Source of the DNA: Callorhinchus milii
Taxonomy: Eukaryota
Reading direction: 5' to 3'
DNA: 64,000 nucleotides
Assembly (NCBI RefSeq): GCF_018977255.1
Contig: NW_024704742.1
Location: 88,228,001-88,292,000 of the forward strand
Part shown: positions 63,629 through 64,000 of the stretch, one piece after another
How the letters are laid out: every line of letters starts with the position of its first letter
Numbering within the stretch: the stretch's first letter is position 1
Notes under the pieces: model-generated
Told to the model about the DNA's origin: nothing
Databases searched by the model: none
Seen by the model: only the letters and a program-made list of their open reading frames with translations
Translations under genes and position numbers: made by a program

Positions 63629-64000
63629 CCTGCCTCAATCCCTCTGCCTCACTTCTTCTTTGCCCCTTTTCAGATCACACTTGAAGACTTTTCTTTTCGA
63701 CCGTGACTACAGTCACCTCCCCTTTCTTTCCAGCTCCCAGTCAAACAATGTCATTATTAAGTGCCACAAGATACAATCCACATGAAGGGCCTTGTATAAA
63801 TGCAAGTTGTTATTGTTGTCCAACCCCACCACTGTGCAGTCATATTGTCCAGTGAAGAAGGCATCAGATGAGAATTATGGGAGTTGACATCACTATGAGT
63901 CATGGGCTGGTTTGGTAAATTAAATTGATTTGAAGAAAGTTGAACAAAAAAACGTTTTTACATTATTACAGCACCTTATCATGACAAGACAGTAAAACAA

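Noticed and set aside
38139..64000. Upstream GLIS3 exon (fingers 1-2) or a nested gene
   Set aside because: No C2H2 or other recognisable host-protein coding segment was found by eye; the upstream exon is presumably beyond the window. Small exons could have been missed.

Overview
Vertebrate genomic DNA, AT-rich, CpG-depleted and dense in repeats. The repeat set (DeuSINE-type SINEs, L2 and CR1 LINE fragments, Penelope-like ends) points to a cartilaginous fish, probably a chimaera such as Callorhinchus; the species is inferred. The whole window lies inside GLIS3 on the minus strand. Four internal coding exons have GT-AG boundaries and compatible phases: 38138-37977, 33646-33536, 14854-14713 and 2385-2220. 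They encode most of zinc finger 3, fingers 4-5 and the start of the C-terminal region. The rest is intron, filled with two tRNA-headed SINE families that share a 3' stem-loop tail with L2 LINEs, plus L2/CR1 fragments, MITE-like palindromic elements and a probable decayed PIF/Harbinger element with a Myb/SANT-like ORF remnant. The most notable non-gene signal is three short Penelope-like insertions. Each is bounded by a 13-14 bp target-site duplication and carries a minimal hammerhead ribozyme core with compensatory stem changes. One copy is a ~170 bp fold-back, sense to the GLIS3 pre-mRNA. Almost all listed ORFs are spurious repeat-derived frames. Repeat boundaries are by eye and approximate; exon, TSD and ribozyme coordinates were counted base by base.
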